Shown in pieces: positions 25,401 to 38,600 of a stretch of 64,000 nucleotides of DNA (position 1 is its first letter; every line of letters starts with the position of its first letter). The stretch lies in assembly GCA_002633005.1 (NCBI GenBank), contig NMRA01000443.1:56251-120250 (forward strand). Direction: 5' to 3'. The translations under genes were made by a program, and so were the position numbers. This DNA comes from Phoronis australis (taxonomy: Eukaryota > Animalia > Phoronida). The notes beneath the pieces were generated by a model. The model was not told where the DNA came from, ran no database searches, and was given only the letters and a program-made list of their open reading frames with translations.

Positions 25401-28400
25401 TTTCAGTAGCAACGTGTTTTGCTATTGAAGCACTTAGTTGTCTGTGTCCATTTAAAATATCTTTGAACAGTACAGCTTCCATTGAACAGCACACCTTGCA
25501 GTGTTATTACAGAATATAAATCATACCCAGCCTTGCAAACGAGACAGACTACAAAAATTTGAGCGTCTCTGTTGATTCGTTGCCTCAAACAATTCCCGAG
25601 ACTGCCTGAAAGGCCATGTGTTGTCGAGTTTCAAGTGTAGACCAAATGATCTGCTGAATACATTTATTAATCTTTTGTTAATGAATTAATCTGTTCATGT
25701 ATAGTATGTTACCCTGCTTTTAAACATCATGTGTTTTCCGATTTCAGAGGGCCCAAAAGACTATTTGTATGGCCATTGTTATCTCCATCCGGATAAAGAT
25801 TACCAAGGTGACCAAGTTTCGGGCCTGATTTTATTCAAACAAGACGTAAGAATGCCTTTAGCTTGATAAGCTACTGTTTTGCTTTCGCTTTCAGCGTGCG
25901 CGTACATTTTTACACCCTCTTTATACATAATCAACAAATTTCCGGCAACATGGTTGATCAAATTGTAATCTGTTATTGCCTAGTTCAGTGGGTTTGACAG
26001 TGTAACAGCTACAGAGACACCTAGTGGTTATAGTATGAACTATGATATGGTTCTCCACAAACTAGAGGCACCTAGTGGTTACATTGTGAACTATCAAATA
26101 ATTCTCTACATTCAACACACTGTAAAGCGGTTATAAATCTGGCGTGTGTTCGGTACAGGCGTGGGCTGAAATGAAAGGGCAGTTTGTTATATATTGCTTT
26201 AGATGTTTGAAGCGTAAAATAACCTGTCTTGACGCGCCAGCTCATAGGTCCCGTAAAAATCACTTCTAATTTGAGCCACGAAAGAGTTGAGGACTGAAAA
26301 TTTCAATGGTCTAAATCAAAACTCATTTGTTACGGAAGGCAAGTTTTGCCGACCGGACAGTACGGACTTTGTGATAGGTTATACGTGCATATACGTGTCA
26401 GACTGAAAGCCTTTCGCATGATGCATCGCGTAAGCATGCTCACACAGGCAATATATGTTTTTAGAGAAAATATGGCAAGTTGCATATGAAACTGGAAGCT
26501 CACGGTATCGTAAATGAACACCACCTGCATGGTCTTCACATCCACGAGTTTGGCGATATGTCTGATGGCTGCAAACATGTAGGCGGTCATTACAACCCTT
26601 TCCACGAAAGACACGGTGGACCAAATGACACACATCATCACGTGGGTGACCTCGGCAACATTAAAGAAGACGAAAACGGTGATGTGGTCGTGGAAATGGA
26701 TTTACACCTCGTCAGTATGACGGGGCCTTACTCTGTTGTTGGAAGATCAGTTGTGGTAAGTTGATACACTAAGGCCTAAAGATCAGTTGTGGTAAGTTGA
26801 TACATTAAAGCCTAAAGATCAGTTGTGGTAAGTTGATACATTAAGGCCTAAAGATCGGTTGGGGTAAGTTGATACATTGAGGACTAAAGATCAGTTGTGG
26901 TATGTTGACACATTAAGGACTAAAGATCAGTTGTGGTAAGTTGATACATTAAGGCCTAAAGATCGGTTGTGGTAAGTTGACACATTAAAGCCTAAAGATC
27001 AGTTGTGGTAAGTTGATACATTAAGGCCTGAAGATCGGTGGTGGTAAGTTGATACATTAAGGCTTAAAAATCGGTTGTGGTACTGTAAGTTGACACATTA
27101 AGGCATAAAGATCGGGAATTGTGAGCACTTTTATCACTTAATGAGTAACATCTGCGAGGCTGAAATTTGGTGAAAAATGTTGAATCGCGCAGAATAGTAA
27201 GTAAAGATATGTCTCACAAAATTTCACTGTAAATTATTGGTGAAAATAATTTATACAAAGTTTTAAACTCGTAACTTATCCGCTGTTGTCCAAGATGGCC
27301 GACCCGATTCTAACAAAAAGAGACTCAAATTTCGCCACAAAAATTGCAATCATTTGCACTGCTTGCCCCAATTTTTCGATTACTATTGGGCCATTGGGTA
27401 GGATGCATTATCTTTCCAATGATTGTGCAGCATTTTTTCAAAACGAAAAAAAAAATTTTGTTCGACCGCCCTAATTTAGGTAAGTGAATGAACGATATGA
27501 ACTGGAAAAGATCGCAAAGCGCATTTCGAGCCGTAAGTTCTGCATGTCACGCTTTGTTATCGTTTTAGCAAATTGTAGTGAGAAGTTTTATAAGATATGA
27601 CTACGCGGTTGTTTTCGAGTCTGTGATACGGCAATCATGTGAAAATCTTTTGTTTACCCCCGCCCGCTGGATAGTTCCCTGATCGTCCGCTGTCGGAGTT
27701 TGTCATCCGTCCTAGGATGTGCGTACACAATTTTGGTGATGTAAAACGATGGCTATAAAGATATCAAATCAATTTCAGTGGTTCTGTCTTTCGACGGCCA
27801 CCCTTTTGTCGATTGAAAACATCACCGACAACGCAAATTACGCGTGTGAGTTACACACGATTTCGGAACTCACTTAGGCTAAACGTTGACTTTACACATC
27901 CGGTTAACCGCAGAGCGTCGCCTGAAGTTTTTTTCACAATTACAGGCACGTACATGTGCGATGTTTTGGCAAAAAATAACTTAAAAACGAATTTGGCTTA
28001 TGAATGTAAGTATCTGTTATAAATTAAGGAACATAAGTAGGTGCTTTGACCATGCCTAAAAGTCAGTTTAGATGTTCTACGAGGGCTTTAAGGCCTAAAT
28101 ATCAGTTGTGATGTGTGGACACATTAGGCTTAAAGATCGGTTGTGGTAAGTTGATACATTAAGGCCTAAAGGTTGGTTTTGTGTTCATCTTGGTTTCCTC
28201 CGCTTACTTTTAGTCAAGGAGAACTTCACAAACGTTTCCGTAACCATTTTGATGTTTTGAAAAAAGGAATTTATGACCTTTGGATCGCCAAAAAGTGACT
28301 TCGTACTTATTTTTTAATTGCTCTATCCAGAACCTTTATTTTTATTTTGATGGCAGCTATATTTTCACAAGATGATTACATGTACAGGGCAAACATCCAT

Positions 28401-28928
28401 CAGAATCTCATGTTAGTGTCTTCAGGCAATAGGGCGGTACAAGGCTATTATGTTAATTCGAAGCTGTTAAACAACATCTCGCGTGCATTTCGCGAGAGTA
28501 AGCTCATCATCAATGTGTAATACAAAAGAGAAAATCACGCGACAAGAAGACCTCTTTTGGCCAATTTTCAGAACCGCAAGACAATTGTTGAACCATGTTT
28601 TTTCCCAATCCTTATGACTAACGTTGACGGTTTTGATAATCCAATTCCAGCACGAAGCGTTATAGACATAAACTTACAAGTACTCACAAGTGTGCAAAAT
28701 TAAGTTTTTACTGAACTTAACGGCATTGAGATCATACAGTCACGTAGACGTTTATTATCAAGTTAAGAAAAGCTGTGCTGAACTTTCCACTTACAGGTTT
28801 CTAAGAACGAAGACGACTTAGGCGAAGGCCATGAAGACAGTTTGACCACTGGCCACTCGGGGGCGCCCATCGCTTGCTGCACCATCGCTGTCGACGATGG
28901 GCATGACTGGTATAAAAACCAAAATTAG
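22495..28928 (+). CDS. Secreted extracellular Cu/Zn superoxide dismutase-like (SOD3-like) protein; exons 22495-22555, 24475-24551, 25192-25330, 25748-25845, 26465-26755, 28797-28928 (265 aa)
   Basis: All five introns are GT-AG with compatible phases (1,0,1,0,0). Signal peptide MGSKCLVFLVLAVALTLGVEG. SOD motifs HGLHIHEFGD, GGHYNP, HGGP, HVGDLGNI, GRSVV, EDDLG and ACC (SOD3-type paired Cys). Exons 2-3 are less certain than exons 4-6. Confidence 0.88.
26743..27114. repeat. 36-bp minisatellite (~10 copies) spanning the exon 5 splice donor; two more degenerate copies at ~28088-28172
   Basis: Unit AAGATCAGTTGTG|GTAAGTTGATACATTAAGGCCTA recurs at 26743, 26779 and onward. Confidence 0.95.
27115..28087. 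mobile_element. ~970-bp probable insertion splitting the 36-bp array
   Basis: Unrelated sequence lies between array units and the array resumes at ~28088. No clear TIR or TSD identified. Confidence 0.45.
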
Positions 28929-30823
28929 ATGTTCTTGCAGGAAGTTAGGAAACGAGACACGTGAATCTGGGCTGCGTTCCGTGGACCCAAGAATCACGCG
29001 AGTAAAGCTACTGCAGTCATGTGCTTTGCTTGCAATGTAGGGCTATATTTCGCAAAATCTCGCGTTTTCACGTTTCTAGAGTTTATGGAAGGCAGACGAG
29101 ATTTCATTTTTTGATTTTATGCGAACATTTTAGCTTTTAGAAACGCTTTCGTTAGATCTCAGGACAAGTATAGATTTATATAGACAGCATGTAAAGGTTT
29201 ATTTAGTGTTTAGAACACTAAACATAAAATAACTAGATTCAATTTAGTTCTTTGGTATTATATTCTGTTACGGAAAGTTTTCGTTCTCCAAGGAAAGGCT
29301 AAAGTTTACAAAGTTCAAACCCGGCTCTTTCGATGAACTTTGTAAACTGGCGAGAACCATGCTCAACACAAAACCCTGGCGGCTAGCGGAGGCATCTTAA
29401 TACACGTGGTCTTGCCTTCTTTCTTTGTTCCGAACAGACCAGCTTGTGTGTAATATCTGTGTCTTATCTGCGTAACTTGGTTAATTATCTGCACATATAC
29501 ATAAATGTATGACATTTTAGTCTGAAAGTGAGTTGGAAATAGTAATGTGAAATATAACTTGCAAAACCATGGAAACGTATTTGGTTTCATCTTTCGTCTT
29601 CTGCATCACAAATTCGCAATGAATTGCCGATAATCTTTTAACAATGTCTTCGTTTTGGCGGGAACATGATCAGCAGAAGATTTTTCCTCATACTTGAACA
29701 TTCAAACAAAAAAATGAAAACTTTCGTGTTCCAGAAAAACGAAAGACAGCGTACAAGTTTACGAGCAAATCAGAACACTGAACTCATTTTGCCCTAATAA
29801 CCTCTGTGGTAGGTAGTTCAAAGCCTAGATACACAGAGATCAGTGCGCATCAATTCTGAACAAGTAAAACACGTCTCAATAAAAAAACATTCCAACATTT
29901 CAGATTTATCAAAGCTATACAGCCCAAGGGCAGACGTAAAACTTGAAAGAAAAAAAATACGGTAATGCACTATTTTGCAGGAACATTAGCCTTCCGCTGT
30001 TCAAAAACAATTGTAGGCTATCTACTTTGTGTGACGTCATATCTACGCGGGTACACGACTCTCACCGGAAACGGCTCTCGTTCATACCGACAACTGACGT
30101 AGGGAGTGTCCCGGAATGCGTTTCCAAGGGTTGGGGTCTAATCTTTTCACTTGAAATCGAAATCTAATTACTTTTCTTTTTTATTTTTGTGTGAACTCAA
30201 ACTATGTTTGGCTTACATTTTACGCACGAAAACGACGATATGAATATTATAATGGTAATGAGGCGAGAGCAATAAACATCCATCACAGTGCAATTAACCA
30301 AGGACATCCATTATACAAGTATACAAAAAGGAGATATTGCGAAGAAAGTGGACAATCGTTTCAAATTCATACCTATTGAATTTCACACCTGTCGATAAAA
30401 CACTGAATTCATCTGATTTATTGCAAAAGTAAGTATGGCGAGACTTGTTTATTTGCACCTTGCTCACACAATACGAACGGTGAAGAAGCACTGACAGGCG
30501 CTAATCCATAGGGAAGTCCAGGGATACGTTTCACAATAAGTTACTGACACTTAAAAGGGAACTGTATTTTATTCTGAATAAATTCTGGATAGTTTTCTAT
30601 GAATTGTTGATTAATTTCACAAATAATTCAACACCAAAAATTAAACTTATGTTCTCTAACGAAGCTCAAAAAATTACCGGCTTGGAGCGCTGCTTAGTCT
30701 CGTGACGTATTTGGCGGGGGCAAAGTCACTGTCCTGTGTTAGCGTGCAATCAAGTAGCGTTTTTTATATTGTCGGAATAAGAAATTTTAGTGTGAAATTT
30801 CGGGTCACAAGGGATACCTGTTT

Positions 30824-31591
30824 NNNNNNNNNNNNNNNNNNNNNNNNNNNNNNNNNNNNNNNNNNNNNNNNNNNNNNNNNNNNNNNNNNNNNNNNNNNNN
30901 NNNNNNNNNNNNNNNNNNNNNNNNNNNNNNNNNNNNNNNNNNNNNNNNNNNNNNNNNNNNNNNNNNNNNNNNNNNNNNNNNNNNNNNNNNNNNNNNNNNN
31001 NNNNNNNNNNNNNNNNNNNNNNNNNNNNNNNNNNNNNNNNNNNNNNNNNNNNNNNNNNNNNNNNNNNNNNNNNNNNNNNNNNNNNNNNNNNNNNNNNNNN
31101 NNNNNNNNNNNNNNNNNNNNNNNNNNNNNNNNNNNNNNNNNNNNNNNNNNNNNNNNNNNNNNNNNNNNNNNNNNNNNNNNNNNNNNNNNNNNNNNNNNNN
31201 NNNNNNNNNNNNNNNNNNNNNNNNNNNNNNNNNNNNNNNNNNNNNNNNNNNNNNNNNNNNNNNNNNNNNNNNNNNNNNNNNNNNNNNNNNNNNNNNNNNN
31301 NNNNNNNNNNNNNNNNNNNNNNNNNNNNNNNNNNNNNNNNNNNNNNNNNNNNNNNNNNNNNNNNNNNNNNNNNNNNNNNNNNNNNNNNNNNNNNNNNNNN
31401 NNNNNNNNNNNNNNNNNNNNNNNNNNNNNNNNNNNNNNNNNNNNNNNNNNNNNNNNNNNNNNNNNNNNNNNNNNNNNNNNNNNNNNNNNNNNNNNNNNNN
31501 NNNNNNNNNNNNNNNNNNNNNNNNNNNNNNNNNNNNNNNNNNNNNNNNNNNNNNNNNNNNNNNNNNNNNNNNNNNNNNNNNNNNNNNNNNN
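30824..31591. other. Assembly gap (768 N)
   Basis: Run of N. Confidence 1.
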
Positions 31592-33577
31592 TTGTTTGTT
31601 AGTCAACATTACGCAAGGGGGCGGAGCTTGCGATTGGTCAATTTTGCTCAAGTGAGATTTAATCATGTCTCAGAAATAATTGTGTGGGAGCGTAAGTTCA
31701 AAGTCTTTACTGAAGTCTTAGGATACTTCTCATGAAACAGAGATCTGGAAGTACACGCCCCCTTTTGTTAGTCAGTTGACGTAATTGCAAGGGAATGTCA
31801 AATCTGTTTCCCATTACCAAAACTCCGCGCCACACTACATAGAACACCTCTTAATTTTCCATAAAAACAAACACTGACCAATCTGTGCCACAACACAATA
31901 AGGAATACAATTAAATACACCGACAATTCTACACCAGCCTATTTTCTGTTTTCTTGGGTTTTTATTTAATCACTAACAACTGAGAAATTGGTCGTCAAAT
32001 AGCAAGAGGGAAGAATTATACAGGAATCGTACACAAAACAAAAAACTGCTACACGCCAGGCTCTGCGTAAACCCAGTGAAAAGGTGCATTTGAAACACTG
32101 ACTCGATGGAGAAATTTACTTAAAAAGCCACAAAGAGACATTTGATAACGGCCAATTCATCCCCACTCCACGATATTTCAACGTCAGCAGTCTGGGTCCA
32201 GCTATCAAGGTACAGGTATATGTGGGTTAATGTGATATATTTAAAACGTGAGTTCTTAAATTACTTAACTTGAGTGAAGGAGCGTTTTTAACAATTACAC
32301 AAGAAGTGACAATTAAACAAAATTTGGAGTTACCTGATCTCATCGTGGGCATACTCCTGATCTCATCGTAAGCATACTGTATTTGTGCAGTATTAAACAC
32401 CGCACTTAGTCTTTAAATAATCAAATACAAGACATCACATTGATCAATAATAATGGCTCTCAAAACCGCAGCTTGGATATACAAGTACTGCGGTGCTAAA
32501 GTCGACGATAAATCCTTTATGAACTACGAAACTTTACAAATAAGTTACCACAAAAGTCACATTTCCCTGACAACTAAAAGCAATGCAGTCATGGAACATT
32601 AAAAAAATCACACAAAAAGCAGAGTCCTCAAAACATGTACATAAATGAACACAAATTCAATCCACCTACATCAAACATTAAATATAAAGTCATTCCTTGT
32701 CGAGTTCCATAAATCTGACATCAGTGGATGCACATGCTCCACGTTTCGCTAGGTCGCTAAGACATCTGATTGGTTCTCTACGATAAACCAATCAGGTGCT
32801 AATCATGTGCAGCCAATATGAAACTTTATACATCTTTCCAGATACAGTAGGTGACTAACAGGCCCACGGCAAGAATTGGTAATTACAGAATATCACTCGT
32901 CGTCACAATGGCACTTATAGTCTATCCGTAGGTACATAAAATTAATACATGCTTTTTGCAAAATAGATGTATGAGATTGCTCGTGATCACGTGCTTCGCT
33001 TGTTGCAGTAATGGGGATATCTCACGAGCGTGATCCGTGAGGAGCTCAATTGGTAGATGAAAACAGCTTTATCCATACAAAATTGCGATAACATGTACAA
33101 ACCAAGCAAGTCTAGAGTAATTAAAACTCTTCTTCACCATTATGGTGATGGTTTAATGTTTGAGGACTGAGTTGAGGCTGAAACATTACATTGCTGATTA
33201 CACGTAAATTATCAACAAATACCAAAACATCAAAAAGGGTTTACAGAGTTTAAAACGTTAACGTGAAACATTAACCTAGCACAAATGCCGACAGACGGCG
33301 TGGACGTCTGTCTAAATGTTGGGCATTAAAGACATTGGCAGATTTAGAAACGTTTTGGTGACAACCCCCACAGCAAGTGCTGTGCACAAAGGATTATTCC
33401 AAGTTTCAAGCAGACGATTTTTTAAAATGGGTACTGCCAAATAACTGTCCATGCCAGCTGTGACGCAAAAAGCATCGGATACGCATTCCTGTTTCACATT
33501 GTACCAGCCAAGACCATGAGTTGACTACTTTTACTAAACTGTTCAATTTATGAGAAGCAATGAGAAAACTGCAAGAT

Positions 33578-35361
33578 TTAAGGTCCTTCCAGTTCGAAGT
33601 ACTCGTGTTTCTCATCTGAGGGGGACAAGTCTGCAGGTTGGCCATTCTGATAATTTGCCATCGACTCCATAGGTATGGATGATGTGGGGCTCAGGATATC
33701 TGGGGTAGCGTTGTCACTGGCGATATTTTTAGGCTGGAGTAATGACGTCACCAAGTAAGCAGCTTCCTCGCTGTTAGACCGTTCTAACCCATCTTGAGAT
33801 CCGTTCCTGTGCTGAGAATTGTTTTCATTGGGTTGCATGTTCAACAGTTTCTGATACTCGTGCGCATCATCGGGCTGCACAGTTGTACTACCTGTGGCGA
33901 CCCCTGGAGACGTTGGTTGGAAGGTTGACAAGCGATTTGTCTGACTCGCAGTTCCATCGGGTGGCTGTTGCAAAGTTAAAATTTCGTATTAGCAAGTGGG
34001 GGTAGTGCAGTTTCATGGAATTTGGAAGTAAAGACTTACCGTCCAACATTTAATAAAAATTTCTTGAAAACAGGTCTGGTCAACAGGGATTGGTGAAGTA
34101 AACGGAGCCTTTTAAAATTTATATTCATAACAAACCCTTGTCATTTTCCTCAGTGTTAACTGTAATCAAAATCCGTTGCACCATTTTAAAACTAATCTAG
34201 GGTCCAAAAGTAGTTTCTTAAAATTTAATATGTCGAAAACAGGGCTCATGAAAAGTCAGAAACGTCGGAATACAAACTGACGCCAACTGACAGACACCTG
34301 TTCCCAGCGATATATCCCTGCCTCACTTTTCATTAGATACAATTCAAACATTATGCAAATACGCGGAACAAGGAGCAACTAGCCGAAACGTGAAATTTTC
34401 AATAGTTAGAGCTAAATTATTGCACCAGTCGGACTCTTCACACCATGCTTCCTTGCATTCCGACAGGCCCCACCGGCCAACCCCAATTCCTCCAAGATGG
34501 GAATTGTGCGGGCACACTAATTTTTGCCGCACAGTTCGTTACTGCATGAGACCAGGCTAAACATGTTATGTTAACAAGTTCGTCATTTATGCGCCGCTAT
34601 GGCTGGAAGTAGATTGGTTTTGCGAAAGAACGATAGATGGAGATATTCGTTGGTCGATTGCATCATACATTCGAAAGCGTCATACTATTCTGAAAATAGC
34701 GGTAGTAGATTATATCAAAGCTGCATTTCTCCGGAGACGTCTCATTGGCAAGGGATAACAGAATGGACTGTAGCTCTAATCTTTATTTCAGGATCCTGAT
34801 TTTAAAATTTTATACATCATGTCAAACTAAAGAGCTCCCATTCCGAGGTGGTAAACCACTCAGAGTGTGTGGTCGATTGTCTCCAAATACGGCACAGGCT
34901 GACCAAGACAATCGGTATTTCATTAACGTCCTCTGATTATTCCTTACTGCATACCTCCGTTGTCACACATTGCACCCTACACATTTAAATGTTAGCTGCA
35001 ATACAAATCTGCAACGATGTTTGCTTTGCCAATTTTCGTTGCTACATAGATGACATTCGCCAAAGTATGCTAAGAAACGTTGAACTTCATATCCACGCAA
35101 CATTCAAAATCATAAATGTACGAGGTATATCTACTTGAAGGTACGCGAGCCTTCGACACTCGAATACCTGAACTCTGCTCAGCTGCCCATGGACCAATAG
35201 GCGGCTGAGGGGCTATAGCCATCCCCCCCGTCCCACTTATTTCAGTGCTGCGCTGCTCATGTTCTAAAGTCATACTAACCTGCTCGTCAATTTCAGCATA
35301 GATACCGGACGTCCTTCTGGTGTATTCGGGATTCTCCACAATTTTGATGTTTTTATCCAAC
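33578..35361 (-). CDS. Duplicate copy of exons 3-4 (35361-35280, 33964-33578) of CBM14 receptor B, probably the alternate haplotype
   Basis: 33315-35379 is near-identical to 35381-37768 and joins it at a single N (35380). Both exons are intact, with 5 aa differences in the last exon. Confidence 0.55.
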
Positions 35362-35643
35362 CTGAAAAATAAGTTTCTGNAATGTTGGGCATTAAAGACA
35401 TTGGCAGATTTAGAAACGTTTTGGTGACAACCCCCACAGCAAGTGCTGTGCACAAAGGATTATTCCAAGTTTCAAGCAGACGATTTTTTAAAATGGGTAC
35501 TGCCAAATAACTGTCCATGCCAGCTGTGACGCAAAAAGCATCGGATACGCATTCCTGTTTCACATTGTACCAGCCAAGACCATGAGTTGACTACTTTTAC
35601 TAAACTGTTCAATTTATGAGAAGCAAAGAGAAAACTGCAAGAT

Positions 35644-38600
35644 TTAAGGTCCTTCCAGTTCGAAGTACTCGTGTTTCTCATCTGAGGGGGACAAGTCTGC
35701 AGGTTGGCCATTCTGATAATTTGCCATCGACTGCATAGGTATGGATGATGTGGGGCTCGGGATATCTGGGGTAGCGTTGTCACTGGCGATATTTTTAGGC
35801 TGGAGTAATGACGTCACCAAGTAAGCAGCTTCCTCGCTGTTAGACCGTTCTAACCTATCTTGAGATCCGTTCCTGTGCTGAGAATTGTTTTCATTGGGTT
35901 GCATGTTCAACAGTTTCTGATACTCGTGCGCATCATCGGGCTGCACAGCTGTACTACCTGTGGCGACTCCTGGAGACGTTGGTTGGAAGGTTGACAAGCG
36001 ATTTGTCTGACTGGCAGTTGTATCGGGTGGCTGTTGCAAAGTTAAAATTTCGTATTAGCAAGTGGGGGTAGTGCAGTTTAATGGAACTAAAGACTTACCG
36101 TCCAACATTAAGTAAAATTTCTTGAAAACAGGTCTGGTCAACAGGGATTGGTGAAGTAAACGGAGCCTTTTAAATTTTATATTCATAACAAACCCCTGTC
36201 ATTTTCCTCAGTATTAACTGTAATCAAAATCCGTTGCACCATTTTAAAACTAATCTAGGGTCCAAAAGTAGTTTCTTAAAATTCAATATGTCGAAAACAG
36301 GGCTCATAAAAAGTCAGAAACGTCGGAATACAAACTGACGCCAACTGACAGACACCTGTTCCCAGCGATATATCCCTGCGTCACTTTTCATTAGATACAA
36401 TTTAAACATTATGCAAATACGCGGAACAAGGAGCAACTTGCCGAAAAGTGAAATTTTCAATAGTTAGAGCTAAATTATTGCACCAGTCGGACTCTTCACA
36501 CCATGCTTCCTTGCATTCCGACAGGCCCCACCGGCCAACCCCGATTCCTCCAAGATGCGAATTGTGCGGGCACACTAATTTTTGCCGCACAGTTCGTTAC
36601 TGCATGAGACCAGGCTAAACATGTTAGGTTAACAAGGTCGTCATTTATGCGCCGCTATGGCTGGAAGTAAGATTGGTTCTGCGAAAGAACGATAGATGGA
36701 GATATTGGTTGGTCGATTGCATCATACTTTCGAAAGCGTCATACTATTCTGAAAATAGCTGTAGTAGATTATATCAAAAAACTAACCGGTGTCTGCTCAT
36801 CGCCAACATAAAGCTACGTGTCAAGCTTCATCAAGTCCAGTGCATTGGCTTCCGAAATGATAAACTCTCAACCAAACGAAACAACGGACGAACGACGGTT
36901 GCTTTAGTGTGCACTATGTCGGATTTAACCTTCAAACACAGCCCAGACATCTTTGTTGAGGGGGTTCAATTCCTTGAATGTTTACATTATGCATTGTCTA
37001 CACGCATTTGAAAACGGGCCCTGTCATACTTACAGTAAATCCAAAACGTAATGCGCAGCTTTTCCTGGGCAACTCTAGTCAGAAAAAATTAGACAGCACA
37101 AAGCTGCATTTCTCCGGAGACGTCTCATTGGCAAGGGATAACAGAATGGACTGTAGCTCTAATCTTTATTTCAGGATCCTGATTTTAAAATTTTATACAT
37201 CATGTCATACTAAAGAGCTCCCATTCCGAGGTGGTAAACCACTCAGAGTGTGTGGTCGATTGTCTCCAAATACGGCACAGGCTGACCAAGACAATCGGTA
37301 TTTCATTAACGCCCTCTGATTATTCCTTACTGCATACCTCCGTTGTCACACATTGCACCCTACACATTTAAATGTTAGCTGCAATACAAATCTGCAACGA
37401 TGTTTGCTTTGCCAATTTTCGTTGCTACATAGATGATATTCGCCAAAGTATGCTAAGAAACGTTGAACTTCATATCCACGTAACATTAATGTTCAAAATC
37501 ATACATGTACGAGGTATATCTACTTGAAGGTACGCGAGCCTTCGACACTCGAATACCTGAACTCTGCTCAGCTGCCAATGGACCAATAGGCGGCTGAGGG
37601 GCTATAGCCATCCCCCCCGTCCCACTTATTTCAGTGCTGCGCTGCTCATGTTCTAAAGTCATACTAACCTGCTCGTCAATTTCAGCATAGATACCGGACG
37701 TCCTTCTGGTGTATTCGGGATTCTCCACAATTTTGATGTTTTTATCCAACCTGAAAAATAAGTTTCTGTAACCTGAAGCATTAAAGTTTATAAACAAACA
37801 TTCATTTGTCATAAAATAACCACATTGTCCCCCTCACGCCTAGGCATAAACGCATTTTATGACTATAGATTTATGTGGCAATGTCTTTATTATGTAAAGA
37901 AAAGCCCATCTGCATACCATCGCAATTTTTGTAACACGTGATCAATGTTCATGTTTAAGCATTTTCCATGCAATCTAGAAAACTAGGTCAGTGTTGTCAT
38001 ATTCCACGTTATTCGTGTCACAGTTGATAGTCATAGATCTGTGCACACTCATGCCTATTCATGACTAATGGATACCGTTGATGATGGAACCAACTTTCTA
38101 ACTGCAGCCATCGTATTTCTTACCTGCCTTTTCTCATTCTCCAGCACAGGCATATTACCACTATAAGTAGGATGATAATGACCACGCCTCCAGCCGCGCT
38201 ACCGATTATGTACAGAGCTGTAGGACTCAGGCCGTCATTAAGGCCACCGACTGAAATGAAAAAGTGCGATGTCAATGATCGAAAAACTATACGAGACGAA
38301 TAACTTGAAAACTCGCAAACATACATCCGGTGTTCCATAATCGTTCCAACGACGAGCAATTGCACATGATTTCTTTACAATAATACATTTTAGATTCTTT
38401 ACCCCGTACTCGACTCGGAAAATTAAACCTCAAAATTCCACAAGATGCGATTAGTCAATTTTCGAGTAATGTGAGGTTGTCACGTGTTCTCTTGTTCCAC
38501 AAGACGGCATAGGATCACACCTCTAAAATTCCTTGGCCCACAACGAGCTAAAGTTCTGCTTGTACTAGGAGAAATTTCAAATTGTAATATTTCATTTCTC

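Noticed and set aside
30702-31666. 317-aa and 300-aa ORFs
   Set aside because: Artefacts of the N gap.
37486-37668. ORF continuation VSMTLEHEQ...SSGIRVSK as part of receptor B's tail
   Set aside because: A phase-0 donor CAG|GTTAGT at 37669 matches the paralog's exon end, and the continuation overlaps a dispersed MITE-like repeat also seen at 49580.
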